A stretch of DNA of 64,000 nucleotides from Eledone cirrhosa (taxonomy: Eukaryota), in the NCBI GenBank assembly GCA_964016885.1, contig OZ024745.1, forward strand, positions 68,696,001 to 68,760,000. Reading direction: 5' to 3'. The translations under genes and the position numbers were made by a program. Within the stretch, counting starts at the first letter, position 1. Each line of letters starts with the position of its first letter. Of this stretch, positions 1 to 12,519 are shown piece after piece. The notes beneath the pieces are model-generated. The model worked only from the letters and a program-made list of their open reading frames with translations. It had not been told where the DNA came from and did not search any database.

Positions 1-667
1 CCTCAAGCAGGGTATTGTGTTGATTGAACAACCAGAACACATAGCCTTGGAACCAGCAGTAGTTCAACACACATAATCATCAGTAATAAATCATGCTTAA
101 AGCCATACTACAATACATTACTATCAACGATTACATCACTAAAGAATGGGTTTAGGGATTTGTGTGTCACATTGTTTGGTAATACCATCCATTAATTCCA
201 TGCCCAGGTCTTCTCTCTTTCACTGTAGTTAGGTCTCATAAGTTAAAAACAGTGATTTATTTTGTTATATCAGAATACAAAGAAGATATTGAAAATGAGA
301 GGTGGCAACTCACTTAATCAATCAAATGCTTATGTATGTGTTCATGTACACACACACACGTGTGTGTGTGTCTGTGTGTGTGTAAACCCAACTTGCGCAA
401 GCAATGAAAACTAATGTAAAATGATGATCATGATGTGAGTGTGTATGTGTGCCTACATACATATATAATACATTTGGATTGTTGTCTCTGTGTGCATCCA
501 GAAAGTAACATTCTTGCTGTTGTAGCTGATGTCACGGTAGAGAAATTACATATGACATGGTATTTAATTCAAACAAAAAATCAAATTGCACCAGTGTAGG
601 TACAAATTACTGCCATGCCCAAATTGCTATCGTCACCTTTATAAGTCAGTCACTAATAATATAATAT

Positions 668-1110
668 GTGGGGAGACCCAAGATGACCTGGGATGAGGTG
701 ATAAAAGCCGACCTTACCCAATTACACCTCTCAAAGGCAATGACACACGACCGTGACTTCTGGCATCACGCAGTAATACAGAGTACCCGACCTCCCATGG
801 GTAGAAGCTGAAGCATATAGACAATATGCCCCCACTCCCCCCACCGCAAGGTGGTCATGGAGGTGCCACGGCAAAAAAGCACCCAGCCCACACTGTAAAG
901 TGGACGTGTAGGCGCCACGAAAAAGCACCCAGCACTCACTGTAAATGAGGTTGGTGTTAGGAAGGGCATCCAGCTGTAGAAATCAAGCCAAATCAGTTCC
1001 TGTATGAGCAAGGCATGGTCAGCCGACCAGACACTGCCCACAACAGGACAACCCGTCTAACCCATGCTAGCGTGGAAGAACGGACGTAAAACGGTGATGA
1101 TGATGATGAT
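668..1110 (+). mobile_element. RTE-clade LINE 3' fragment (family B): ORF2 C-terminus, 3'UTR and (GAT)n tail
   Basis: 668-811 reads VGRPKMTWDEVIKADLTQLHLSKAMTHDRDFWHHAVIQSTRPPMGRS*, homologous to the GRPRKTWDD..DL..LHLSK..DRDLW C-terminus of the RTE ORF at 9082-9396. It ends CCCATGCTAGCGTGGAAGAACGGACGTAAAACGGT(GAT)n next to a (TA/CA)n tract. Confidence 0.9.
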
Positions 1111-1869
1111 ATACACATATATATATATATACACACATATATATATACACATATATATATATACACATATATATATATACACATATTTCAGTGCCGAGAC
1201 CAGGGACACCACAAAATGATGATATATATTTTACTAACCGTTTGAGAATGTATTCTTCACAAGCTATAAAATTATAAAGGGTCGAGTGGACTTTTCAGTT
1301 GTGCCAATGGCATGAAAACCTGCCTAATCTGATGCCACAAGAAAATACATTTAGTATACTCTATAAAGAGCTGGAATGTATGTAAACAAGATGTGGTCCC
1401 TCCAGCCTCTCTGAGAGGTCAGTGACTCAAATTTTGTACTTAGCATACAATGGCTTGTCAAACCCATGCCATGGAAGAACAGTAAATGATAATGATGAAC
1501 TGGCCTTCTGTCAGTTTCCATGATGAAAGTTTAGTTGTTCAGTCAACTGATTAAATTGTTGAAGTGGCTGAGTATTCTACAGACACATGTACTCTCATTT
1601 CAGTGTATTACAAGGCCAGTCACTTGAATTCTAGGTACAATCCATCCAATAAGCTAAACATTTTCAGTCAGCCTGCTTTCATTCACAAAGGTTAAGTTTA
1701 GACAAGCCTATAGCAAAAGATACTTTCCCAAAATGCTACATAGTAGTATTGAACCCAGAACTTCATGATTATAAGCAAACTTTTTAACCATTTGACTATA
1801 CTAGGAAAACTAAAAGTTGGGCATTTGAAAAATAAATAAAAAATGTTGCTATGGAAACTATTTAATGAG

Positions 1870-2003
1870 AAATTATTATTATACTATAATGATGATGATG
1901 ATTGTTGTTATTATAAGAATGATGATGATAATAATAATATAATAGTAATAATAATGATGATAAAGATGGTGATAATGGCGATAATAATGGTAATGGTGAT
2001 GAC
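1870..2003. repeat. Degenerate (TAA/TGA)n trinucleotide microsatellite
   Basis: Direct reading: runs of gatgatgat/aataataat. Confidence 0.85.
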
Positions 2004-2329
2004 TTTATTCCGAAACGAAGTATCAGTGTTTATAGGGATGAGTGAGTGAATAGCCAATGTAATTAACCCTCGGATAATAATAGTAATTATCTTATCATTT
2101 CCATGGAGATTACAAACAAATAATTTAGAATCAAGGAATGAAAAAAACATGATACTCCTTTCTAATCCAAGCTGTGAATGTCCTGTGTTCAAATTATACC
2201 CTCTCAACTTTGTATTTTAAACCTCTGATGTTAATAATAGATGGACACATAGTTACAGGTTTGAAGAAAAGAGCAATAGTTCATTGACTCTACCTCATTA
2301 TATAATTAATTAATTCCCTGCCATCAATA

Positions 2330-2900
2330 ACTACTGACCCTCTACAAAGTTCAAGTGAGACCTACAATGGATCACTGGTCCCACACCTGTGACAGTGTTC
2401 ACACTGGCATCCTAGATCAGAAAAAAAAAGCCACTCATCTAATTAGTTTAAAGCTGCTCTTTGACATTCTCCAGCCTCTAGCCCACAGATGTGCTATCTC
2501 CTCCCTTTGCCTCTTCTACCATTGCTCCTCGGAGCATACTATCCTCATACCCCCTCCACTTAGATACTCCCAACTTACTCATCTCTCTTCTCATTACCTG
2601 TGTTGTCTATCCACCCCCACCCCATGCATCACACTAGCTACTGCTCCCAATCATTTCTACCCAGAATGACAACTCTCTTGACCTTCCTCTAGATTCACTC
2701 ATCTCTCTTCTCCTCATTACCCAGGTCCTGCACTAACCCTTACACTCGATCCTTACTACTCATACTCAGAACATCATTCACCTCCAGCTCCCACAATGCT
2801 CCTATATTTCCCAAAGAAGCAGTCCTACAAAAATTTAAATAGAACATCAATGGCAATGAGCTCTCCATCCTAGATAGGTATTGCCCCTTCCACCAGGTCT
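2330..2900 (+). mobile_element. Old CR1-like LINE 3' fragment
   Basis: Translation YKVQVRPTMDHWSH..LD...KATHLI...LQPLAHRCAISSLCLFY.CSSE..LIPPP resembles the YKAQVRPxMEYCSHIW...LQPLSHRRxVxSLxLFY..CSxEL..IPP C-terminal motif of CR1-group ORF2. Degenerate, boundaries approximate. Confidence 0.65.
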
Positions 2901-3019
2901 ATCAAGTAAACAATAGAAAAAAGAACAAAGGTCTAAATCAAGTTAGACACAATTTGAACCAATGGGGTAGAACTAAATCCTACTTAACCTTTAATTTACC
3001 ATTGTACACAGGGAAAGTA

Positions 3020-3340
3020 CATCATGAGTTCAATTTTGGAGCCAGACAGTACACTGTGTCCTTGATCAAGACTCTTTATTTCACATTGCTCCCATCCACT
3101 CAGCTGGTAAAAAAATGAGTTGCAATGATACCTATGCCAAATTGTATCAGCCTTTGACTTTCCCTTAATACTATCTGTGAAGTGGTTGGAATTGAGAGTG
3201 ACTTCTAGCCATAGAAATCATAACAAAAATAGACTGTATGAGATGTAGTCCTCTTTAAGATGACAGTAATTCCAGTTAAAAACACTTGGACCATGTCAAA
3301 TTCTCCAACCCATGCCAACATGGAAAGAGGACATAAAAAA
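3020..3340 (+). mobile_element. Degraded CORE-type tRNA SINE with RTE-like tail
   Basis: B-box-like GAGTTCAATT, CORE-like TGTGTCCTTGATCAAGACTCTTTATTTCACATTGCTCC, ends CCAACCCATGCCAACATGGAAAGAGGACATAAA. Confidence 0.6.
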
Positions 3341-3539
3341 AAATGTCTTGGGAAGAAGGATTAGTGAAATATATTGAACCGAGTGTGGAATGAGACTTTA
3401 TTCAATTGAATTTCAGAAAAATGAAAGGCAAAGTACATTTTAGAGGGACTTGATCTCAGAATGTAAAGAACCATAACCAAATGCAGCGAGTTTTATGCTC
3501 AAGCAATTCTGCCAACATTCTACCATAACAACAATAACA

Positions 3540-4330
3540 TAAACCTGTTTAAATTTTTAACTAACATATTTCTAAAGAATGACAATATGATTTGCAAATG
3601 ACTTTGAAAATAAATAATTTGAAGTGACTTAATGATATAACTATCTTCTCATTATCATGTTGTTTGGAGTATGGCCCTAGAAAGGTTCGTTGATGAAATT
3701 ATGAACGTTTTAAAATACTTTAAAACAAATAGTTTTATACTACAGAACCAAGAGCAGTTTGGTATCAAAAGTGTTAAATAGCTAAGACATCATCAGTAAT
3801 ATGATAAACACATTTTCAATGCTAGCTACAAGTATATAATTTTAGAGTCTTGAACTTAAATATAATGGAGAAGATAATCATTATAGATGGCAACTATGAA
3901 AAAACTTCACATATAGTCACTTTGCAATAAATCTGTCACCATATTTCTAATGAAATCCACTGCCTACAATTTTCAATTAATTTTTAAAACAATCAAGAAT
4001 TTGAAGGGATTTAGTAATATGACTAACTTTCTCATTAACTCTTTCAATGAAATACATTAACCTTTCTAATGAAATGCACTCTATTTCTGTTAATTAATGA
4101 AGGATGTTTATTGATTATTTCATTACTAAGTATATTAACATATGGTTCTTATATAAAATGAGGTCAAAAGATTTTAATTTAAATAGGAACCCTTTAAAAT
4201 GGGTAGTTTTGTTTCATAGAACTAGATTGGTCTTGGATGAATTAGTATCATAAAGCTTTACCTGGTATTTGAAAAATAATTTAACATAAATCATTATTAT
4301 GATAAATTTTGAAACAAACATATTTGAGTG
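3540..4330. mobile_element. Cluster of nested, degraded piggyBac-like MITE fragments
   Basis: Recurring internal motifs (GGTATCAAAAG.GTTAA, CCATATTTCTAATGAAAT, AATCAAGAATTTGAAGGGATTTAGTAA) shared with clusters at 5370-6065, 24220-24750, 35895-36890 and 50900-51610. Confidence 0.6.
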
Positions 4331-4487
4331 GTGTGCTCATGCATGGAGATATCATAAAATAGCTTATAAAATAGAGTGAAGACCCTTAAAAGCAGAAAAA
4401 AAGTTGCCATTGAGGAATCGAATCTCATATTTTCCAGATACCCATTAAGCCAAGGGCCATGACAACTTTTAAATTAGGTAGCTGAAT

Positions 4488-4705
4488 CACAGCTTTTAAA
4501 TGTTAATAAACATATACATAACTGATCTCTCCCTGAGTTTTATGAAGTGCTGAGGGGCACCCTATTGTGTATAAACTAATTTATGGCTTCCCTGCACACG
4601 AGTCCATCACTCTTTATATTAACTTTATCCCCTCAGTGCTTCATAAAAGTCCAATAGACCGGCTACGTATATTTTTGTATACATATTTGCATTGTAAAAC
4701 TGGGG
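4488..4705. mobile_element. Degenerate inverted-repeat element (old MITE-like)
   Basis: TTTTATGAAGTGCTGAGGGG (4538-4557) is complementary to CCCCTCAGTGCTTCATAAAA (4629-4648). Weaker complementarity extends outward, with mismatches mostly transitions. Confidence 0.5.
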
Positions 4706-5769
4706 AAAGTTTCAGGTAGTTTGGTATCAAAAGAGTTAAACAACTGCACAAAGAGACAGTAAGGGAAGTAAGGAATGTTGTGTATCAGAAAACAGTTTAT
4801 GAAAACTGAAGTAGAATGGAATGAAAATCTATCAGTTACACCAATGAGTGTCCCAGTTTTTCAATCAATGAAACAGCCAGCTTGTAAAATTAGCATGTAT
4901 GTAGCTGAGCATTCCACAGAAGTGTTTGAGGAATCTGCCTCCATGGCCCACTCAAGAATAAGTGGGTGAAGAAGAAGGAGATCTTAACTGTTCAGCTATG
5001 CTGTGTCTACACATAACAAATGAGATTATGCTTATAACACAAAATAGAAGATATTCAATATCTATGATAAAATAGCTATGGGGTTTTTTTTTCAGAAGAA
5101 GAAATATATCAATATTGGTACAAATTAGGTATAAAAATAAACCAAACTCTGCATGTTTATTTAGATACAAATAGTACTTATCCAAAGTTTGTGTATATAT
5201 ATATTATTATCATTATAATTATTATTTATATTATTACTAGTATATTCATATCTTTGGTGTATAAGATGCAACAAGATTTTGTCATCAAATTGCAGGGTAA
5301 AGGAAATACATCTTATTCACCAAAAATTTGGTATGTAACTTCTTTTGATGTTTAATATTCTCCATAAATTAACTCATTTGATACCAGACTGCTAAAAAAA
5401 AAGACAACCCTTGATTCTGCAACACTAAACTATTTATTTTAAAATGTTTAAATTTATCTAAAAACTTGCATTGTAAATTTATGTAAAGACCTTTGTTAAG
5501 TTAGATTCATTATACTTCTAAGACCAACTTAACCCTTTAGTTACCAATGTGGTCAAAAACCGGCTCTGGATCTATGAAATAAAATCTCCCATTTTAAAGG
5601 TTTCCAATTTAAATTAAAATCTTCGAATATAATTCTACATTAATTATTTTAGTAAATCCTTCAAAAATCTTCATTAATTAATTAAAATAGAGTGTATTTC
5701 ATAAGAAATGCAGTCACGAAAGGATGAACAATGAGAAAGTTAAGTTATATTATTAAATCCATCCAAGAG

Positions 5770-5971
5770 CGGGGGATTAGAAGAATCGATAGAGCCTCGG
5801 ACAACATGCTTTGTACCCTTAACATTCTGAGTTCAATTCCCACAGAGGTTAGCTTTACCTTTCATCCTTTTGGGGTAGATAAAATAAAGTACCAGTAATG
5901 TACTGAGATTGATTTAATCAACTTTCCCCTCCCCCAAAATTGTTGGCCTTGTGCCTAAAGTAGAAACAATT
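5770..5971 (+). mobile_element. tRNA-derived SINE (family A) nested in a piggyBac-like MITE
   Basis: B box GAGTTCAATTCCC, core TTTCATCCTTTTGGGGTAGATAAAATAAAGTACCAG, tail GGCCTTGTGCCTAAAGTAGAAACAATT. TSD TAAATCCATCCAA on both sides. Confidence 0.85.
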
Positions 5972-6284
5972 AATAAATCCATCCAAATTCTTTATTATTT
6001 TCAACATAATTTATAAATTATTGGTAGTCTCGTTCATTAAGAATATGGTAATGAAAGGGTTAAATGTAAATTCTTTTCTTTATATCTAGTTTCTGTTCAT
6101 CTTGCTGTTATTGCTATATATATAAATAGTAAGTAGCCTAGAACTGACATCTGGAGAAAGAAACAAACTCTAACAGCTTCCTTCTCATGCTACACAGTTA
6201 GCTAGTATGTTTGGTCTCTTGGAAATTGAGCTTAACTGAAGTCAGTTTTGACAATAGTGGATAGAGGGCAAGAAAGACAGCTAG

Positions 6285-6331
6285 CTAGAGAGAGAGATAG
6301 AGAGATAGATAGAGAGATAGATAGAGATAGA

Positions 6332-6427
<96 letters not shown>

Positions 6428-6530
6428 GAGAGAAAGTGAGCGAGAAAGTGAGAGAGAGAAAGTGAGAGAGAAAGTGAGAGAGAGAAAGTGAGAGAGAGAG
6501 AGAGAAAGTGAGAGAGAAAGTGAGAGAGAA

Positions 6531-6570
<40 letters not shown>

Positions 6571-6650
6571 TGAGAGAGAGAGAGAATGAGAAAGATAGCT
6601 AGTTAGGAAGATAGATAAATAGATAGAGGGATAGATAAATAGATAGAGGG
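6285..6650. repeat. Long polypurine (GA)n / (GATA)n / (GAGAAAGT)n compound microsatellite
   Basis: Direct reading. It accounts for ORF 6232-6693. Confidence 0.95.
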
Positions 6651-6699
6651 GGGTTAGTCTTACATCATTATTATTAATACATAATTGAAACACACTTAC

Positions 6700-6756
6700 G
6701 TCAGCAAATTTAATATGCTATGATTTGTTGAATTAAAAGATTTTGCACAGAAATAC
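6700..6756 (-). pseudogene. Candidate 57-nt exon of a minus-strand (possibly decayed) gene
   Basis: ttttaag|GTATTTC...TTGCTGAC|gtaagt. Only one frame is open: (R)YFCAKSFNSTNHSILNLLT. Confidence 0.3.
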
Positions 6757-6997
6757 CTTAAAATTTAGAATAGATATGATTTTATGCATCAGTTAGATAA
6801 ACTGCTATATATATATTCTGTTTTTGGCAAGGTTTCTACAGCTTGATACCCTTCCTAATGCCAACCGCTTTACAGAGTGTACTTAGTGCACTGAAGATTC
6901 TACTTAATCCTTAAAAAACTATTAACACTAAATAACAGAAAGACTAATAACATATATTTGATGTCAACATTGTGTATTTATTATATTAAGGTGGTGA

Positions 6998-7190
6998 GGG
7001 TGGTGGATTGGCAGTATTGGTAGAGTACTGGACAGCCCTTTATGTTCTGAGTCCAAATCCTGCTGAGGTTAGCTTTGCCTTTTATCCTTACGGGGTTAAT
7101 AAAATAAAGCACCAGTAAGTACTAGGGTTGATTTAATCGATTTTCCCCTCGCCTTCAAATTACTGGCCTTGTATCTAAAATAGACAATTA
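6998..7190 (+). mobile_element. tRNA-derived SINE (family A)
   Basis: A box GGATTGGCAGTATTGG, B box GAGTCCAAATCC, same core and tail as other copies. Confidence 0.8.
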
Positions 7191-7192
7191 TA

Positions 7193-7414
7193 TTAAACCT
7201 TTAGCATTTACATTACTCTATATTTACTATTGTATTTTTACAGAAGGCTTTATCTTGCATAATTGTCTCATAATATCGAATCTATGGGATTTTGATATTT
7301 ATTTTGAGAATAATACCTTAACGTCAGAATGAGTGGCCAGTTACGACCAGTTTGAACAGAAAGAGGTAAGAGAATTCTGGCCGGATATGGCTGGTTTAAA
7401 TGCCAAATAGTTAA
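7193..7414. mobile_element. ~220-bp piggyBac-like MITE (family P1)
   Basis: TTAA-flanked with consensus TIR CCCTTTAGCATTT. The same element occurs at 18088-18314, 26716-26931, 36942-37166 and 47615-47824. Confidence 0.8.
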
Positions 7415-7610
7415 GGTGTTGGATTGGCAGTATTGGTTGAGCACATATGTATATATATTTATAATGCATTTTACAGCTGGAGGTCCTTCCTAAAACCAAT
7501 CACATTTTCCCAAGAGATGTCAATATGAATGGATCTGTTATTTTTATCTAAAGACATTTTTTCCAATCCCAACCTGCCCGTCCCTTCTCCCTATCTTATT
7601 TCTCATTTTT

Positions 7611-7646
7611 TCTTCTGATGAAGGACTAGCATCCGAAACGTTAAGA
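7611..7646 (+). ncRNA. Minimal type I hammerhead ribozyme (Penelope-like pLTR type)
   Basis: TCTT-CTGATGA-A-GGA ctagca TCC-GAAA-CGT-T-AAGA: intact CUGAUGA and GAAA core, stem I UCUU/AAGA, stem II GGA/UCC, palindromic ACGU stem III. Confidence 0.7.
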
Positions 7647-7752
7647 CCCCCTTCCTGCTATTTCAAGCGTTAACCTAATATATTCCTTCCATATAACTGT
7701 ACCGATTGTGTTGTTAATTTTGTTTACCTTTTACACACACACACATTATATA

Positions 7753-8260
7753 TCATCATCATCATCATCATCATCATCAGGTTTAGCGTCCGTGTTCCAC
7801 GCTTGCATGGGTTTGGACGGGGGTTTTCCCACTTGAGGCAAGAGTGGTTGTCTTGCTCGCATAGGACTGTCTGGCGGGTTTTCTACAGTTGGATGCCCTT
7901 CCTAACACCAACCACATTTACAGTGTGGGGCTGGGAGGTTTTTACCGTGTTGCCTACACGGCCACATTACAGCGTGGACTGTCTGGCGGGTTTTCTACAG
8001 CTGGATGCCCTTCCTAACACCAACCACATTTACAGTGTGGGGCTGGGAGGTTTTTACCGTGTTGCCTACACGGCCACATTTACAGCGTGGACTGTGTGTT
8101 TTTTGTCGTGACACCTACACGATCTCATTTGTTTCGGCCTGGATGTTGTGGGACCAACATAACTTTACATTGAAAGGGGCGGTGTGGGTGGGGTGGAGGT
8201 GGTGGGACGGGGGTGTGTTTTGATAGAGATGCCTACTGACTGTAGTAGGTTTTTACTTTT
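7753..8260 (-). mobile_element. RTE family A 3'UTR-only copy
   Basis: Near-identical to 8583-9078, including the 112-bp internal tandem duplication. (TGA)n tail, 5' end in (TA)n. Confidence 0.95.
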
Positions 8261-8582
8261 TATATATATATATATATATATGCACACACAAACACACACA
8301 TACATGATCTTAGAAGATACCACATTGAAATTAGGGTAGTTACATGAGATTAGTGCAGCTGATAATGAGAGGAACAGAGACAGTAAAGATTACACACACA
8401 GACACACACACAGACAAACAGACACACACAGACAGACACACTCACTCACACAGATGTTTATGTGATAAGGTATATATAATGCAATGAACACAGGCAAGCA
8501 TATATATATATACACACATTTACATACACTCACAGAGACATATATATATGTCTCTGTCTCTGTGAGTGTATGTATATGTGTG

Positions 8583-11447
8583 TCATCATCATCATCAACG
8601 TTTAACGTCCGTGTTCCACGCTTGCATGGGTTTGGACGGGGGTTTTCCCACTTGAGGCAAGAGTGATTGTCTTGCTCACATAGGACTGTCTGGCGGGTTT
8701 TCTACAGCTGAATGCCCTTCCTAACACCAACCACATTTACAGTGTGGGGCTGGGAGGTTTTTACCGTGTTGCCTACACGGCCACATTACAGTGTGGACTG
8801 TCTGGCGGGTTTTCTACAGCTGGATGCCCTTCCTAACACCAACCACATTTACAGTGTGGGGCTGGGAGGTTTTTACCGTGTTGCCTACACGGCCATATTA
8901 CAGCGTGGACTGTGTGTTTTTTGTCGTGACACCTACACGATCTCATTTGTTTCGGCCTGGATGTTGTGGCACCAACATAACTTTACATTGAAAGGGGGCA
9001 GTGTGGATGGGGTGGGGGTGGTGGGACGGGGGTGTGTTTTGTTAGAGATGCCTACTGACTGTAGTAGGTTTTACTTTGTATTTAGGTAAGGCGGGTCTTC
9101 TCTATTACTGAGTACCGCCAAAGGTCTCGGTCCAGTGACATTGTCTTGGAGAGGTGTAAGCGTGTGAGGTCGGAATTTATCATGTCATCCCAGGTTTTTC
9201 TGGGTCTGCCTACTCCGTGGCTACCGTCTATCTTTATTGCCCTGCACTTTGTTATACAGCTGTCGTCTTTCATGCGCATCACATGACCAGACCAACGTAG
9301 CCTTCTCTCGAGTAAACAACATCTGATGCCTCTTATTTCTAATTTTTTCCTTAGTTCGTTTATGCTTAGCCGTTCACGTATATTACTATTACACATTCAG
9401 CGGAGCATGCAAGCTTCGTTCCTCTCTAGTCTGCGTATATCCTCTGCACACAATGCCCAGGTCTCACTGCCATGCAGCATTGCTGTTCGTATGCAGGCAT
9501 CGTATAACCTGCCTTTCATTTTTAGGGAGAACCCTTTAGCGGCTAATAGTGGTATAAGCTCTCTGAACTTTTTCCATCCAGTTCTGACTCTAGCTACTGT
9601 ACTTTCAGAGCATCCTCCCCCACTGCTGATTTTGTCACCCAGGTAACGGAAGCTGTCCACTATTTCTATAGAACCCTCTGCGCAATTGAAAGAGCTAGTA
9701 TTTTGTGGGCACTTGCTGCTACTTATTGCACCAGAGCACCGGCCACATGTAAAATCTATGTTCTTAGTTAGCTTACCTGTGATCCCACTACATCTTTTAT
9801 GCACCCATACTTTGCATTTGGGACATAAAATGGAGTTTCTACCTACGCTTTTCCTACACACTGAGCATGGCCATTTCCCAGAAGGGACCGCCGCCTTATT
9901 TTCTTTCCTACAAACTAGAACTTTAGTCTTAGCCAGGTTAATTTTAAGGCCTTTTGATTCTAGGCCGTGCTTCCATGTTTGGAATTTCTTCTCTAGCTCG
10001 GTCATTGATTCAGCTATGAGCGTTAGATCATCTGCGTATAGGAGTTCCCATGGGCAGCCGGTCTTGAACTCCACTGTTATAGCCTGAAGGGCAATAATAA
10101 ATAGTAGGGGGCTAAGAACAGAGCCCTGATGGACACCAACTTTTACACTAAACTCTTCACTATATTCGTTGTTAATTCTAACCTTGCTGACTGTTTCTTT
10201 ATACATGGCTTGTATAGATCTCACAAGCCATTCGTCAACACCTAGTTTTCTAAGAGCCCACCAGATAATGGAACGGGGGACTCTGTCGAAGGCTTTCTCC
10301 AAGTGAACAAAAGCTAAGTATAGGGGTTTACTTTTAGCTAGGTACTTCTCCTGTAGTTGTCGTATGATTAAAAGAGCGTCTGTGGTACTTTTGCCTGACA
10401 CAAACCCGAACTGCATTTCATCTAGATCAATTCTCTCTTTGATTAGTTGCGCTATTACTTTTTCCGTGACCTTCATGACCTGGTCGATTAATTTAATACC
10501 TCTATAGTTACCCCTATCTAGGGCATCTCCTTTACCGTTGTAACAGTTAATGATGATGCTGCTATGCCAGTCCTTCGGAACAAAACCCATTCTGTATGAC
10601 TTGGTTTACTATCCGGGTGACCATGGTGTGTCCCACCGTTCCAGAGGCTTTCAGCATCTCAGCAACTATTTCCGAAGGCCCAGCCGCCTTACCTGTCTTC
10701 ATATCTTTGATTGCCTTACTTATTATACTACCTTCGACTAACACTGCTGGTCCCTCTATTGGGTCGATGTGGGGGAGACTGTCTTTCTCCCATTTGTTCT
10801 CATTTAGAAACCTTTCGTAGTGACACTTCCAAGCTACCTTCTTATCAGCGTCAGTGATGGCAAGTATGCCATCATCATTAAGTACACACTTCTCCGCGAC
10901 AATATCACGGTTTTCCTTGACACATTGCCTAGCAATCCTGAACACCTCACGTTTTTGGTCCTCACGTTGTAGAACATGCTTGAACTTTCTTTCCTCTGCT
11001 TCCCTTCTTGCGAAGTACACTTGTCTCCTAGCTTCCCTCCTGGCCACTTGATAGTCTTCTCTACTTCCCCCATCCCGCCATACTTTCCAAGCCTGCTTTT
11101 TGGCCTTAATTGACTCCTCCACCTTACTGTTCCACCACCATGTTACTCTCTTCCTACCTACAGGCCTGCTCCAGCCACAGACTTCGTCTGCCGCCGTCAG
11201 CAGGTTTGCTTTCAGGAATTCCCACTGTTCCTCTATATTATACGACTCTAATTGCTCTTCCTTACTGTCGAAAGCATCAAGTAATATGCTTTTAAATTTA
11301 TTTCTGGCTATGGGGTCCTTTAGCTTCCATATTTTTCTCCTGAGGATAGTCCTCTTCTGCTGTCTAGTACGTCTCGTCCTGACTATGAGGTCGCTAATTA
11401 TCAGTCTATGTTGGGAGGTGCATTCTTCATGGGGGAGGGATTTAGTG
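8583..11447 (-). mobile_element. 5'-truncated, disabled RTE-clade LINE (family A)
   Basis: Three ORF pieces (10562-11497, 9397-10590, 9082-9396) form one ORF2 with the end of the APE domain ([10 protein letters not shown]), RT motifs (NYRGIKL, QFGF, AFD, GVHQGSVLSP, YADD, YLG) and an RTE C-terminus. It has a frameshift near 10590, TGG>TGA at 9397-9399 and FVD>FVH at the catalytic Asp. 3'UTR 8583-9081 with (TGA)n tail; 5' end abuts (TA)n. Confidence 0.97.
9082..11447 (-). pseudogene. Disrupted RTE ORF2 (reverse transcriptase with PHD-like C4HC3 finger)
   Basis: RT motifs as in the feature above. CSVC..CPKC..HKRC..CGRC at ~9736-9867. Confidence 0.93.
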
Positions 11448-11496
<49 letters not shown>

Positions 11497-11613
11497 TGTA
11501 TATATATATATAAACATATATATTTATAAATATATATATATGTTTATATATACATATATATGTTTATATATATACATATGTGTGTGTGTGTGTGTATATA
11601 TATGTTTATATAT

Positions 11614-11646
<33 letters not shown>

Positions 11647-11673
11647 CATGTATATGTATACGCATACACACAC

Positions 11674-11704
<31 letters not shown>

Positions 11705-11755
11705 TACATGTATATACATGCATACTTACATAAAGTTTATATATATATTTGTGTA
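11448..11755. repeat. (TA)n/(CA)n/(TG)n compound microsatellite
   Basis: Direct reading. Confidence 0.95.
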
Positions 11756-12050
11756 ATGCATTATAAAACATCAGCCATGTGGATATCCTCATAACATAGT
11801 AAATAAATGAGTTAATTGATAAAGAAAGCAAGCTAAATGTTTCCTACTACCTTATTTAATTACCACTGACTCATTTAATATGGCTGAAACAACAAAGACA
11901 TGAGGTAGTGAAAAACTGACAAAACTATCAGAATTATCAGAGACAAGAGTGGTTCAGAAAGACCGTAAATGTATATAGATAAAAGCTCTCTGGTTTAACC
12001 CATTCATAATCATATTTCTAATTAAATATACTCTATTTTAATTAATTAAT

Positions 12051-12232
12051 TGTTTCTACTTTAGGCACAAGGCCAGCAATCACCCAGTGCATTACTGGTA
12101 CTTTATTTTATCGACCCCGTAAGGATGAAAGGCAAATCAACCTCGGCGGGATTTGAACTCAGATCATAAAGGGACGTAACTATGCTGGAAAGCATGGCGT
12201 CCGACCCTCTATCAATACTGCCAATCCACCAC
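12051..12232 (-). mobile_element. Young tRNA SINE (family A, short-tail variant) with 18-bp TSD
   Basis: TSD CTATTTTAATTAATTAAT at 12033-12050 and 12233-12250. CpGs retained; inserted in a MITE. Confidence 0.92.
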
Positions 12233-12461
12233 CTATTTTAATTAATTAATGAAGAATTTTAAGGGATTTACTAAAAGTATTAATTATTTCCATTGTTCTT
12301 ATGAGCTGCTTGTCGTCACTTTCCCTCTCTTCAAGGCTATCTCCATGACATAAACACTTGATCGCATTTTGTCTTCTTCCTCCTCAGCAAGCTACTTGGA
12401 GTGACCATTACTACTCATGCCACTTTCGCCATGATCTCATTTTCTCCTCACTTCCATCACC

Positions 12462-12504
<43 letters not shown>

Positions 12505-12519
12505 CAGCTGAGAATGCAA

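Noticed and set aside
1995-2080. GTGATGA...CCGAAACG hammerhead-like words
   Set aside because: Lacks C3 and has no pairing for stems I-III.
7803-9089. Repeated 'MPFLTPTTFTVW' peptide ORFs
   Set aside because: Antisense reading of the RTE 3'UTR; they recur only because the repeat recurs.
9326-11513. Plus-strand ORFs overlapping the RTE (also 40150-40524 and 51869-52217)
   Set aside because: Antisense shadows of retrotransposon ORFs, with no motifs.
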